NCBI GenBank assembly: GCA_963771355.1
Contig: CAVYTA010000006.1
Coordinates: forward strand, 2,336,001-2,400,000
Source: an uncultured Candidatus Rokubacteria bacterium
GTDB taxonomy: Bacteria > Methylomirabilota > Methylomirabilia > Rokubacteriales > CSP1-6
Length of the DNA: 64,000 bases
Reading direction: 5' to 3'
Program-made: the position numbers and the translations under genes
Notes under the pieces: generated by a model
What the model saw: only the letters and a program-made list of their open reading frames with translations
The model's database searches: none
Told to the model about the DNA's origin: nothing
Shown here: positions 41,100 through 51,306 of the stretch, in pieces
Layout of the letters: the number at the start of each line of letters is the position of its first letter
Position numbering within the stretch: position 1 is the first letter of the stretch

Positions 41100-41106
41100 G
41101 GCCCCC

Positions 41107-42081
41107 TCAGGCATACCGGATCCGGGGATCCAGGAACGTGTAGGTCAGGTCCACGGCGAGGTTCATGATGACGAAGGCGAGCGCCGTCAGCAGGGCGAAG
41201 CCCTGCACCTGCTGGTAGTCGCGGGCGATGATGGCGTCGATGCCGAAGGTGCCCAGCCCCGGCATGGCGAAGAGCGTCTCCACGACGATGGCGCCCCCGA
41301 TGAGGAAGCCGATCTGGAGCCCCATCACCGTCACGGTGGGGATGAGGGCGTTCTTCAGCGCGTGCTTGAACACCACCGGCCGCTCGGAGAGGCCCTTGGC
41401 GCGCGCGGTGGTGACGTACTCGGTGCGGATGACCTCCAGCATGCTGGCGCGGAGGAGACGCGTGAGGATGGCGGCCCGCCCCACCCCCAGCGCGATGGCG
41501 GGCATCAGGACGTGCTGCGCGTTGCCCCAGAGGCTCGCCCCGCACACGACGGTAGGGCAGGTCCCGGGGAGGTAAATCCAGCCGGAGCTGGGGAGGAAGC
41601 CTCCGAGTCCGATGGAGAAGACGAGGAGGAGGAGGACCCCGATGAAGAACTCGGGGATGGAGACACCGATCATGGCCACCGAGGTCGCCGCGTAGTCGGC
41701 CCAGGTATTCTGGCGCAGGGCGCCGATGATGGCGGCGGGGACGGCGATGATCAGGGCCACCGCCATGGACAGCACGATGAGCTCGAGGGTCACCGGCAGG
41801 CGGATGAGCACGTCCTGGAGGACGGGACGCCCGGTGAGGATCGAGACGCCCCAGTCGCCCTGCACGAGCTTGCCGAGCCAGATCCCGTACTGGACCACGA
41901 TCGGCCTGTTCAGCCCGTACTCCTCCCGCGCCTTGACCGCGTCCTCCTCGGTGTAGGCGTCGCCGAGGAGCGCCACGACGGGATCGCCGGGAACCGACCG
42001 CATCATCACGAACACCACGAAAGTGATCATGAGGACCGTGGGCACGATCTGGAGCAGCCGTCTCAGGATGTAGGTCCGCAT
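41107..42081 (-). CDS. Dipeptide/oligopeptide ABC permease (DppB-like)
   Basis: YILRRLLQ, PGDPV, EYVTTARAKGL, HALKNA, VETLFAMPGLG, DPRIR. Confidence 0.95.
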   Translation of the reverse strand: MRTYILRRLLQIVPTVLMITFVVFVMMRSVPGDPVVALLGDAYTEEDAVKAREEYGLNRPIVVQYGIWLGKLVQGDWGVSILTGRPVLQDVLIRLPVTLELIVLSMAVALIIAVPAAIIGALRQNTWADYAATSVAMIGVSIPEFFIGVLLLLVFSIGLGGFLPSSGWIYLPGTCPTVVCGASLWGNAQHVLMPAIALGVGRAAILTRLLRASMLEVIRTEYVTTARAKGLSERPVVFKHALKNALIPTVTVMGLQIGFLIGGAIVVETLFAMPGLGTFGIDAIIARDYQQVQGFALLTALAFVIMNLAVDLTYTFLDPRIRYA

Positions 42082-42108
42082 GTGATGCCGCGCCGGCGCC
42101 CGCTCCCC

Positions 42109-43726
42109 TTACTTGTCCAGCCAGACCTTGTCGTAGTGGACTTCGAACTCCGCGTTGTACGTGTACCCCTTCATCCACGGCTGCGCGACCATGTAGAAGG
42201 GCGAGCCCGAGATATCGTTCCAGTACATGTTCTCCACCAAGAACTCCTGGAATCTCCTTCGCGAGGGCCTTGCGCTTCGGCACGTCCATCTCGCTCGCGT
42301 AGCGAGCGTAGTAGCTCGTCCACCCGCTTGTCGTTGTGGCGCGGATGGCTCCAGGTCGACTGTGCATGTTGGAGAGATAGCCATTGCTGTCGAGCGTGAT
42401 CAGGGACAGGAGATCCTCGACGTACATGTCCCACGGGCCGTCCTGGAGGGTGGTGTTCATCCAGGAGACCTTGTCCACGAGGCGGATGTTCGCGGTGACG
42501 CCGATGCGGGTCATCTGCTCCTTGATGACGGTGGCGATGACGTTGAACACGCTCTTCTCGGTGTCGGCCATCAGCTCGAAGGTCAGGGGCTTCGCGGGGC
42601 CGTAGCCGGCTTCGGCGAGCAGCGCCTTCGCCTTGGCCTGATCGTACGGGCACATGCTGTTGACGTCCACCGTGTCCAGCGTGCCGGGCGGGTCCATCCC
42701 CACCCAGGGCGTCGCCTTGCCCTTGAAGGCGATCTTCACGATCTCCTGCCGATCGATGCCGTAGCAGCCGATCGCCTTGCGCACCCGGAGATCGCCGAAG
42801 ATCGGGTGCGGGGCCCGCTCCTTGGACATGGGCTTGCCGTCCTTGGGGATGGTCACCTTCATCGCCGCCAGCATCGGCGTCGTTTCCTTGCCCGTCAAGA
42901 TCTGACGGCGTTCGGGATCTGCGCCTTCAAGGTGTCCACGTGCTCCGGCGAGAACGAGGCGATGAAGTCGATCTCCCCGGCCTTGAAGGCCGCCATCTCG
43001 GTGACGGGGTCCTTGATCACGCGGATGACGACCTGGTCGAGGTACGGCAGGCCCGGCACGAAGTACTTGTCGAAGCGGTCCATCACGAGCTGGCTTCCCT
43101 TCACCCACTCGACGAACTTGAACGGGCCGCATCCCACGATCGAGCCCGGCTTCCCCTGCTTGCGGTCCTCCAGGGTGAACTTCTGGGTAGCGGTCGGGGA
43201 GTAGAAGGACCAGTCCGGTGCGGTAGGCGGCGAGCATGTGGAGCAAGAAGCCGTAGGGCTGCTTGAGGCGGATCTGCACGGAGAGGGGATCGAGCACCTC
43301 GACGCTGTGGATCGACTCGTAGAAGGTCCGCATGCCCGACTTGGTGGCGGGGTCCATCAGGCGGTCGATGCTGAACTTGACGGCGGCGGCGTCCACCGGG
43401 GTGCCGTCGTGGAAGAGGACGTTCTTCCTGAGCTTGAAGTTGTAGAGCAGGCCGTCGGACGTCATGGTCCACGACTCCGCGGCATCGCCCACGAACTTCC
43501 CGTCGGGCGTGATGTTGACCAGCCCGCACCCGACGTTCATGGCCACCCACATCATTTCGTAGCCGGGCGCGGTGTGGAAATCGAGGTGGGCGATCTCGTT
43601 CCCGTAGGAGACGCGAAGGGTGCCGCCGCGTTTGGGCGCCTGCGCGTCGGCGGGGGCCGGCAGCGCGATGATCCAGGCCAGGACGAGCGGGACGAGGAGA
43701 CGAATCCAAAGGGACCATGGACGCAT
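42109..43726 (-). CDS. Family-5 ABC substrate-binding protein; several frameshifts
   Basis: GGGAGG RBS; signal peptide, PKRGGTLRV, FHDGTPVDA, GCGPFKFVEW, PYLD, DLRVRKAI, YDQAKAKALLAEAGY; frame changes near 43203, 42910, 42360, 42300, 42250. Confidence 0.88.
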
Positions 43727-43918
43727 AGTGTCCTCCCTGCTGAGCGATGGTGCCTCGAGATCGGACCTAGCGAGCGGACCTAGCGAAGGGACCGGCGATT
43801 TCGGGGAACTGTACACCAGTCCCGTCGTGTCAACAAGAGACCGCCGGGGGACCGGGGCGACGGGAGCGCTTGCGGGAGCGGGCCCCCTCCCGTAGTGTGA
43901 CCCCAAGGAGACACGCAC

Positions 43919-44707
43919 ATGCCGATGTACTCCCACTCGCGGCTGTCCGTCTACGAGACCTGCCCGCGTCAGTACCGATTCCGATACGTGGAGCGGGTGA
44001 AGGTCCCGGAGCTGGAGACGGTCGAGATGTTCCTGGGCAGCCGGGTGCATGAGACGCTCGAGGCCCTCTACCGGCGCGTCAAGGCGGGCGTCCTTCCCAC
44101 CCTCGACGACCTGCTGGCGGACTACCGCGCGCGCTGGCTCGCGGAGTGGACGGGCGCCATCCGCATCAGCAAGCCCGAGCGCACCGCCGATGACTATCTG
44201 GCGCTGGGGGTCCGGCACCTCGCGACCTATCACGCGCGCTACCAGCCCTTCGACCAGGAACGCACGCTGGATCTCGAGCGACGCATCGCCTTCCCCCTCG
44301 ACGAGACGCGGAGGATCTGGCTCCGGGGCTATATCGACCGCCTGTCGATCACGCGGGACCGGACCTGGCAGATCCGCGACTACAAGAGCGGGCAGTGGCT
44401 TCCCCGCCAGGCGGACGTGGACGCGGACCGGCAGCTCGCGCTGTACCAGATCGGGGTGCAGCGGCGGTTCCCGAAGCGGGCGCGGGATGTGGAGCTGGTG
44501 TGGCACTACCTCGCGCACGACGTCGAGCTGCGCTCGCGGCGCGAGCCGGCGGCGCTCCGCGCGCTCGAAGGGGAGACGCTCGGTCTCATCGACACCATCC
44601 AGGCCGACAAGACGTGGAAGATCGTGGAGGGGCCGCACTGCCGGCGCTGCGCGTACCAGGCGCTCTGTCCCGCCTGGTCGGCGCAGCTCGAGCTGCCGGG
44701 GATCTAG
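43919..44707 (+). CDS. Stand-alone PD-(D/E)XK nuclease (RecB/AddB/Cas4-like, Fe-S)
   Basis: SHSRLSVYETCP, G..VHETLE, GYIDRL, DYKSG, QLALY, CRRCAYQALC; AAGGAG RBS. Confidence 0.9.
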   Translation: MPMYSHSRLSVYETCPRQYRFRYVERVKVPELETVEMFLGSRVHETLEALYRRVKAGVLPTLDDLLADYRARWLAEWTGAIRISKPERTADDYLALGVRHLATYHARYQPFDQERTLDLERRIAFPLDETRRIWLRGYIDRLSITRDRTWQIRDYKSGQWLPRQADVDADRQLALYQIGVQRRFPKRARDVELVWHYLAHDVELRSRREPAALRALEGETLGLIDTIQADKTWKIVEGPHCRRCAYQALCPAWSAQLELPGI

Positions 44708-46101
44708 CCCAGCAGGCGCTCCGCCGCCTCTTCGCCGGAGTGGACGCAGTCGGCGATCCCGACTCCGCGATACGCCCCGCCCGCCAGCGCGAGGGCGGGG
44801 AGCCGCCGCGCCGCCGCCTCGATGGCCTCCACGCGGGCCAGATGGCCCACCTGGTACTGCGGCATCGCCTTCACGTAGCGGCTCACCCGCGTGAAGAGGG
44901 GCTCGCCCGCCGCGCCGAGCAGGGTCGCCAGCTCGCCGCGGGCCGCCGCCACCAGCGCCGCGTCGTCGGCCGCCGCCGCCGCCTCGTTGAGCGCGCCGCC
45001 GACGAAGACGCGCAGCAGGACGTGGCCCTCGGGAGCGCGGCCGGGGTACTTCACGCTCGAGAACGTGCCGGCGATCACGGGCCGGCGCTCCACCTGGGGG
45101 ACCACGAAGCCGAAGCCGTCGAGCGGGTGTCGGATGGCGTCGCGGCGATAGGCCAGGGTGACCGTCGCGGACGAGGCATAGGGAATGTCCTCGAGGAGGT
45201 GGCCGAGCGCGGGATCGGCATGGCGCAGCAAGCGCGCAGCCTGGTACGCCTCGGTGGCGAGGATGACCCCGTCCGCATCGACCGTGGTCCCGGCCGCGGT
45301 GGCGACGCGCCAGCCGGCGCCTCGCCGCTCCAGGGCGGTGACGGGCTCCTTGAGCCGCACCGCACCCGGCGGGAGACGGCGGGCGAGGGCGAGCACCAGC
45401 TCCTCCATGCCATCCTCGAAGGTGACGAAGAGGGACCAGCGCGCCCCGCTGGCTTCCGCGGCCGGCGCGGGCGCCCGGCGCGCGGCGCGGCGCAGGGCGA
45501 GGATCACGCTGCGGTGCTCCCGCTCCATCTCGAGGAAACGCGGCATGGTGGCCGCGAGCGAGAGCGAGTCGGGATCCGCGGTATAGATGCCGCCGATGAG
45601 CGGCTGCGCCACGCGCTCCAGCGCCTCGCGGCCCAGGCGTCGGCGCACGAAGGCGCCCAGGCTCTCGTCGGAGTTTCCCCCGCGCGGCAGGACGAGATCC
45701 ATGGCCATCCGGAGCTTGCCGCCCCAGGAGAAGAGCGACGAGCGGAGCAGGGAAGCCAGCCGGGTGGGGGCCAGGAGCTGGAAGCCGTCGGGCAGCGGAT
45801 GGAGGCGGCCGCCGAAGGCCACGAAGGCGGTGCGGAAGCGATCGTCGGTGCGGACGAGGCGGTCCTCGAGGCCGATCCGACGGCAGAGCGCCAGCGCCCA
45901 GGGCTTCTCGGAGATGAAGGAGTCGGGCCCGGATTCCACGAGGAAGCCGTCACGTCGCTCGGTCTGCACGATGCCGCCGAGCCGGTCACCCGCCTCGAGC
46001 AGCGTCAGGGCGATCCCCTGTCCGCGCTCGCGCGCGTGCTCCACCGCCCGATGGGCCGCCGACAGCCCGGCGATGCCGCCGCCGATGACGACGAGTCGCA
46101 T
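44704..46101 (-). CDS. hemG: HemY-type protoporphyrinogen/coproporphyrinogen oxidase
   Basis: VIGGGIAGLSAA, ESGPDSF, PLIGGIY, MPQYQVGH, GVGIADC. Confidence 0.93.
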   Translation of the reverse strand: MRLVVIGGGIAGLSAAHRAVEHARERGQGIALTLLEAGDRLGGIVQTERRDGFLVESGPDSFISEKPWALALCRRIGLEDRLVRTDDRFRTAFVAFGGRLHPLPDGFQLLAPTRLASLLRSSLFSWGGKLRMAMDLVLPRGGNSDESLGAFVRRRLGREALERVAQPLIGGIYTADPDSLSLAATMPRFLEMEREHRSVILALRRAARRAPAPAAEASGARWSLFVTFEDGMEELVLALARRLPPGAVRLKEPVTALERRGAGWRVATAAGTTVDADGVILATEAYQAARLLRHADPALGHLLEDIPYASSATVTLAYRRDAIRHPLDGFGFVVPQVERRPVIAGTFSSVKYPGRAPEGHVLLRVFVGGALNEAAAAADDAALVAAARGELATLLGAAGEPLFTRVSRYVKAMPQYQVGHLARVEAIEAAARRLPALALAGGAYRGVGIADCVHSGEEAAERLLG

Positions 46102-46112
46102 GGGGAGGCCGG

Positions 46113-47147
46113 TCAGCGCGCCGACATCTCGTGGACCATGTCCACGAGGGCCCGCACGTGATCCACCGGCGTCTCCTGATGCACGCCGTGGCCGAGGTTG
46201 AAGATATGACCTGGACGGCGCGCGGCGCCGTCGAGGATGGCGCCGACGGCGCGGCGGATCTCCGGCACCGGCGCCAGCAGAATGGCGGGATCGAGATTGC
46301 CCTGTACCGCCACCTCGACCCCCAGTCGATCCCAGGTCGGACCCAGCTCCACACGCCAGTCGAGGCCGATGACATCCCCGCCCGCATCCTTCATCAGCTC
46401 CAGCAGGGTCGCGGTGCCGGTGCCGAAGTGGATGGTGGGCACCCCGGGCGTCAGCCGGCTCAGCACCGCGCGGCTATGCGGCAGCACGAACTCGCGATAG
46501 TCCGCGGGCGACAGGGTGCCCACCCAGGAGTCGAAGAGCTGGACGGCCTGGGCGCCGGCGTCGATCTGCCCGTTGAGATACTCCGCGGTGATGCCGGCGA
46601 GCCGCGCCATCAGCGCATGCCACGCCGCGGGCTCCGCGCGCATGAAGCGCTTGGTCTGGAGGAACTCGCGCGAGGCGCCGCCCTCGATCAGGTACGAGGC
46701 CAGGGTGAAGGGCGCGCCCGCGAACCCGACCAGCGGCACGCGGTCGGCCAGCGCCTTGCAGACGAGACGTACCGTCTCGAAGACGAAGCCCACCGATGAC
46801 GGAACGTCCACGGGGGCGAGACGCGACACGTCTTCCGCGCTCCGCACCGGCCGCGCGATGCGGGGGCCTTCTCCCCGGGTGAACTCGAGCCCGACGCCCA
46901 GCGGCTCCAGCACCAGCAGGATGTCGGCGAAGAGAATCGCTGCATCCACGCCCAGGCGCTCGATGGGCTGCAGCGTCACCTCGGTGGCGGCGGCGGGCGT
47001 CTTGCACAGCGTGAGGAAATCGTGCTTCGCCCGCAGCGCGCGGTACTCGGGGAGGTAGCGCCCCGCCTGGCGCATGAGCCAGATGGGCGTGAACGCGGTC
47101 TTCTCGCGTCGGCAGGCGCGGAGGAAGGGTGCTTCGGCGTTCGTCAT
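46113..47147 (-). CDS. hemE: Uroporphyrinogen decarboxylase
   Basis: PIWLMRQAGRYLPEY, DAAILFADIL, GFAGAPFTLASY, QLFDSW, IFNLGHG. Confidence 0.97.
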   Translation of the reverse strand: MTNAEAPFLRACRREKTAFTPIWLMRQAGRYLPEYRALRAKHDFLTLCKTPAAATEVTLQPIERLGVDAAILFADILLVLEPLGVGLEFTRGEGPRIARPVRSAEDVSRLAPVDVPSSVGFVFETVRLVCKALADRVPLVGFAGAPFTLASYLIEGGASREFLQTKRFMRAEPAAWHALMARLAGITAEYLNGQIDAGAQAVQLFDSWVGTLSPADYREFVLPHSRAVLSRLTPGVPTIHFGTGTATLLELMKDAGGDVIGLDWRVELGPTWDRLGVEVAVQGNLDPAILLAPVPEIRRAVGAILDGAARRPGHIFNLGHGVHQETPVDHVRALVDMVHEMSAR

Positions 47148-47156
47148 CGCGAATGC

Positions 47157-47185
47157 AGCGTAGCGAGCGCCCCTGGCGGAGTCAA
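47157..47185 (-). promoter_or_regulatory. Sigma70-type promoter of hemE
   Basis: TTGACT-N17-TACGCT on the minus strand, with 9 nt between the -10 box and the ATG; no Shine-Dalgarno. Confidence 0.65.
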
Positions 47186-47224
47186 GAAAGGGACGGTATC
47201 ATCCCCGCCGAGGAGGATTCCCCC

Positions 47225-48898
47225 ATGCCCTTTCTCTCAGGTAAGCAGGCCTTTCTCCAGATCCTCAAGCAGGAAGGCGTGGAGTGCATGTTCGGCAACC
47301 CGGGCACCACCGAGCTGCCCCTCATGGACGGGCTCGCCCGCGAGCCGGGCATCCGCTATGTCCTGGCGCTTCAGGAGTCGGTGGCCATCGCCATGGCTGA
47401 CGGCTACGCGCATGCCAGCGGCAAGCTCGCCGCGGTCAACGTGCACACCTCCCCCGGGCTGGGCAATGCCATGGGCATGCTCTACGACGCGCGCATGTCC
47501 GGCGCGCCCATGCTCCTGACCGCGGGCCAGCACGATCAGGCGATGAACCTCACCGAGCCCATCCTCTGGTCGGACCTGCCGCCGGTGGCGCGCCCGTACG
47601 TGAAGTGGTCGCACGAGATCACGCGCCTGGAGGACTTGCCCCGCGCGGTGCGCCGCGCCGTCAAGACCGCGCACGCGCATCCGAGCGGGCCCGTCTTCGT
47701 CTCGCTGCCGGTGGACGTGCTCAATGCCGAGCGCGAGCTGGATCTCCTCGCGTCGACCCGGATCGCGCCCCGGATCCGCGGCGACGCCGGGGCCATCGAG
47801 GCCGCCGCCGACCTCCTCGCGCGTGCCAAGCGGCCCGTGATCGTGGCCGGCGATGCCATTACCCAGGGCGACGCGCTCAAGGAGATGGCGGAGGTGGCCG
47901 AGCTCCTGGGCGCGCCCGTGTACGGCGAATGCGTGCCCTCCACCTGCGCCTTCCCCTTCACGCATCCGCTCTACGCGGGGCCGTTCCCGCGGCTGGGTCC
48001 GCCCATCCGCAACATGCTGATGGGCCACGACCTTCTCTTCTCGGTGGGCGGTGATCTCTTCACGCTCTCGCTGCCGTCGGACGTGGAGCCCATGCCGGAG
48101 GGGATGACGGTGGTGCACATGGACACGGATCCCTGGCAGCTCGGCAAGAACTATCCCGCCCAGGTCGCCATCCTGGGCGATCCCAAGGCGACGCTGCCCG
48201 ATCTCGCCGAGGCCCTGCGCAAGCGGCTGGGAACGGGCGGGGTGAAGGAGCGCGCGGCGAAGATCGCCGAGCTGTCGGCCGCCCACGCGTCGGCGACCGA
48301 GAAGCTCCGGACCAAGGCGCGGGCGGAGGCACAGTCCTCGCCGATCTCGCCGCTCGCGCTCGTGGGCGCGGTGGCGGACGCGGTGCCGGACGACGCCATC
48401 ATCGTGGACGAGTCCATCTCGTCCAGCCACGGCGTGCGCAACCTGTTCCGCGCCCAGGATCACCGCAGCTTCTACGGGCTGCGCGGCGGCGGCATCGGCT
48501 GGGGGCTCCCGGCCACCCTGGGCGTCAAGCTCGCCCAGCCGGGACGCCCGGTGGTGGGGCTGATCGGCGACGGCAGCGCCATGTACACCATCCAGGCGCT
48601 CTGGACGGCGGCCCACGACGCCATCCCGTGCGTCTACGTCATCTTCAACAACGCCTCCTACCGCATCCTCAAGCAGCGAACGCTGGCGCTCAAGGGCTTC
48701 TCCGCCGAGGACGACCAGTACGTGGGCATGGACCTCGTCAACCCGCGCATCGACTATGTCGGTATGGCCAAGGCGCTGGGCGTGCCGGGGGAGCTGGTGG
48801 AAAAGGGCGTGGACGTCGGCGCCGCGGTGAAGCGCGGCCTCGCCTCCGGCGGTCCGTACCTGGTGGACGTCCATATCGACGGCGCCTTCAAGAACTGA
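47225..48898 (+). CDS. Thiamine pyrophosphate-binding enzyme (benzoylformate decarboxylase-like)
   Basis: FGNPGTTELP, GLGNAMG, GGGIGWGLP, GDGSAMY...NNASY; GAGGAGG RBS. Confidence 0.9.
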   Translation: MPFLSGKQAFLQILKQEGVECMFGNPGTTELPLMDGLAREPGIRYVLALQESVAIAMADGYAHASGKLAAVNVHTSPGLGNAMGMLYDARMSGAPMLLTAGQHDQAMNLTEPILWSDLPPVARPYVKWSHEITRLEDLPRAVRRAVKTAHAHPSGPVFVSLPVDVLNAERELDLLASTRIAPRIRGDAGAIEAAADLLARAKRPVIVAGDAITQGDALKEMAEVAELLGAPVYGECVPSTCAFPFTHPLYAGPFPRLGPPIRNMLMGHDLLFSVGGDLFTLSLPSDVEPMPEGMTVVHMDTDPWQLGKNYPAQVAILGDPKATLPDLAEALRKRLGTGGVKERAAKIAELSAAHASATEKLRTKARAEAQSSPISPLALVGAVADAVPDDAIIVDESISSSHGVRNLFRAQDHRSFYGLRGGGIGWGLPATLGVKLAQPGRPVVGLIGDGSAMYTIQALWTAAHDAIPCVYVIFNNASYRILKQRTLALKGFSAEDDQYVGMDLVNPRIDYVGMAKALGVPGELVEKGVDVGAAVKRGLASGGPYLVDVHIDGAFKN

Positions 48899-48901
48899 GC
48901 G

Positions 48902-49669
48902 GTGAGCGGCCGCCTCGCGGGCAAGGTCGCGATCGTGGCCGGGGCGGGCTCGCGCGGGCCCGGCCTCGGCAACGGGAAGGCCGCCGCGATCCTCTTCGCG
49001 CGCGAGGGCGCGTCCGTCCTCTGCGTGGACGCCCAGGTCGAGCGCGCCGAGGAGACGGTGGGAATCATCAAGGGCGAGGGCGGCCGCGCCGCCGCCTTCG
49101 CCGCCGACGTCACGAAGAGCGCCGACTGCCGCGCCATGGTGGCGGCCGCGCGCGAGCAATACGGCGGGCTCCATGTCCTCCACAACAACGTCGGCATCGA
49201 GTCGCGCAAGGACGTGCTCGAGACCACCGAAGACGACTGGGACCGCGTGATGGCGGTGGACCTCAAGTCGATGTTCCTCGCCACCCAGGCCGCCATTCCC
49301 GCCATGGCGGAGGGCAAGGGCGGCTCGATCATCTGCGTCTCGTCCGTCGCCGCTCTGCGCGGCCACGGCCGCACCGCCTACGCCGCCGCCAAGGCCGGTG
49401 TCATCGGCTTCATGCGCAGTGTCGCCGCCCAGGTCGGCCGCCAGGGCATCCGCGTCAACGCCATCGCCCCGGGCATGGTGTGGACGCCCATGGTGGAGAG
49501 CCTCGGCCCCGAGGCGCGCGAGCGTCGGCGCAAGGCGAGCCCCCTCGGCACCGAGGGCACCGGCTGGGACGTGGGCTGGGCCGCCGTCTTCCTCGCCAGC
49601 GACGAGTCGCGCTGGATCACGGGCCAGACCCTCGTCGTCGATGGCGGCGTGACGTTGACCACAAGGTAA
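48902..49669 (+). CDS. SDR family oxidoreductase
   Basis: GAGSRGPGLGNG, NNVG, YAAAK, IRVNAIAPG, ITGQTLVVDGG. Confidence 0.93.
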   Translation: MSGRLAGKVAIVAGAGSRGPGLGNGKAAAILFAREGASVLCVDAQVERAEETVGIIKGEGGRAAAFAADVTKSADCRAMVAAAREQYGGLHVLHNNVGIESRKDVLETTEDDWDRVMAVDLKSMFLATQAAIPAMAEGKGGSIICVSSVAALRGHGRTAYAAAKAGVIGFMRSVAAQVGRQGIRVNAIAPGMVWTPMVESLGPEARERRRKASPLGTEGTGWDVGWAAVFLASDESRWITGQTLVVDGGVTLTTR

Positions 49670-49697
49670 GCAGCGCCCGAGAGCAGAGGAGATCAAG

Positions 49698-50639
49698 ATG
49701 GCCATGACCTTCGGCATCCACGTGGGGCACCTCGGCGGGCCCATGGACGAGCTACGCAAGCTCTGGCGCTTCGCCGACGCCGCCGGCTTCGACTGGACCT
49801 CGGTGGCCGACCATTTCCAGGAAAGCCCGCCCCAGGGCGGCGACGGCGATTGCTTCGAGGCCATCGCCTCCTACACCGCCATGGCCATGGAGACCAAGCG
49901 CGTGCGGCTGGGCGCGCTGGTCTTCTGCGTGAACTACCGGAACCCCGGCCTCCTCGCCAAGTCGCTGTGCACCATCGACCACCTCTCGGGTGGGCGCGTG
50001 GAGTGCGGCATCGGGGCGGGCTGGCACGAGGCCGAGTACCGCGGCTTCGGCATCCCCTTCGAGCGCATCGGCGTGCGGGAGGACCAGCTGGAGGAGGCGG
50101 TGCAGATCCTCCGCATGCTGTTCGACCAGAAAGTCTCGAATTTCGACGGCCGGCACTTCAAGCTGGTGGACGCGCGGTGCAATCCCAAGCCGCTCCAGCC
50201 GCGTCTCCGCATCTGGATCGGCGGGCAGGGCGAGAAGCGGACGCTGCGCGCGGCGGCGAAGTACGCCGACGGCTGGAACGCGCCCTACATCGATCCGACC
50301 GTGTGGGCCGCCAAGAACGCCGTCCTCGACGAGTGGTGCGCGAAGGAGGGCCGGGATCCCGCGACCATCCTCCGGAGCGTCAACGTGGGCTTCTATCTGG
50401 GCGCCGACGCCCGGGGCGCGGCGCGGGGGGAGGCGCTCTACCTGAAGCACTGGGGCGCGAACAACCCGCGCGGGGGCTTCTTCCGGGGCACGCCGAAGGA
50501 CGTCATCGCCATGTGCGAGGCCTACCGGGCGGCGGGGGCACACCGGGTGAACATCGCCCTCCGCGAGGGGCCGTACGACTGGGAGGCCCTCCAGGCCTTC
50601 GCGGAGGAGGTGCTGCCGGCCTTCGGCGCCCGCCGGTAA
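49698..50639 (+). CDS. LLM-class (putative F420-dependent) oxidoreductase
   Basis: ADHF, YRNPGLLAK, DHLSGGR, GIGAGW, IGGQGEKRTLR. Confidence 0.9.
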   Translation: MAMTFGIHVGHLGGPMDELRKLWRFADAAGFDWTSVADHFQESPPQGGDGDCFEAIASYTAMAMETKRVRLGALVFCVNYRNPGLLAKSLCTIDHLSGGRVECGIGAGWHEAEYRGFGIPFERIGVREDQLEEAVQILRMLFDQKVSNFDGRHFKLVDARCNPKPLQPRLRIWIGGQGEKRTLRAAAKYADGWNAPYIDPTVWAAKNAVLDEWCAKEGRDPATILRSVNVGFYLGADARGAARGEALYLKHWGANNPRGGFFRGTPKDVIAMCEAYRAAGAHRVNIALREGPYDWEALQAFAEEVLPAFGARR

Positions 50640-50678
50640 CGACGCTCGCCCAGCGGGTGGCCCCTGAGCGGGCGGGGC

Positions 50679-51080
50679 CTAGCCGGCCGCGCGCGGGGGC
50701 GCGGCGATGAGCTCGCGGACCTTGATCACGAAGTCTTCCAGGTCGAAGGGCTTGGAAATGTAGTCGGCGAGCGCATCGGCCAACGCGCTCGGCGAATAGA
50801 TCTTGCTCGCGTACGCCGACATATAGAGGATGCGCAGGTCGGGCCGCAACCTGGCCAGGCTGCGCCCCAGCTCCTGGCCGCTCATCTCCGGCATCACCAT
50901 GTCGGTGACGACGAGGTCGATGGCGCCGACGTGGCTGGTGGCGATCCGGACTGCCTCCACTCCATTACCCGCCTCGAGCACCGTGTAGCCGAGCCCGGCG
51001 AGAAGCTCGGAGAGGACGGAACGCACGCCCTCCTCGTCCTCGACGAGGAGAATGGTGCCGTGGGCTGGTCCGTCCGTCAC
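50679..51080 (-). CDS. Single-domain response regulator
   Basis: TILLVEDE, VTDMVMPEMSG, ISKPF; AAGGAG RBS before the GTG. Confidence 0.88.
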   Translation of the reverse strand: MTDGPAHGTILLVEDEEGVRSVLSELLAGLGYTVLEAGNGVEAVRIATSHVGAIDLVVTDMVMPEMSGQELGRSLARLRPDLRILYMSAYASKIYSPSALADALADYISKPFDLEDFVIKVRELIAAPPRAAG

Positions 51081-51114
51081 GCCCTCTCCTTTTCTTCGTT
51101 CATGAGGAGCTCCT

Positions 51115-51306
51115 TCACGCGGGCCGCCACGGCTCACGCCCGTTCAACACCGGCATGATGACGTCCGTGACGAGCACGCGGATCGGTCCGGGGCCACGGC
51201 CCACCACCCCGAGTGCCTCCATGCCGTCGCGCGCTTCCAGCACATTGTATCCCGCCATCCGGAGGATTTCGTCCTTGTCCTCGACGACGAGGATGGTCTC
51301 CGCCAG
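51115..51306 (-). pseudogene. Truncated receiver-domain remnant
   Basis: LAETILVVEDKDEILRMAGYNVLEARDGMEAL...VLVTDVIMPVLNGREPWRPA*: helix 1 partly deleted, C-terminal half missing, no start codon seen. Confidence 0.7.

Noticed and set aside
40043..44638. 1531-aa ORF as one giant protein
   Set aside because: A composite of nuclease antisense sequence, pieces of the frameshifted SBP and off-frame permease sequence.
43919..44707. Cas4 of a CRISPR-Cas system
   Set aside because: No cas1/cas2 or array in the window; motifs fit generic PD-(D/E)XK RecB-family nucleases.
44704..47147. Missing ferrochelatase between hemE and hemG
   Set aside because: Gene order is variable and hemH may lie elsewhere; not informative from this window.
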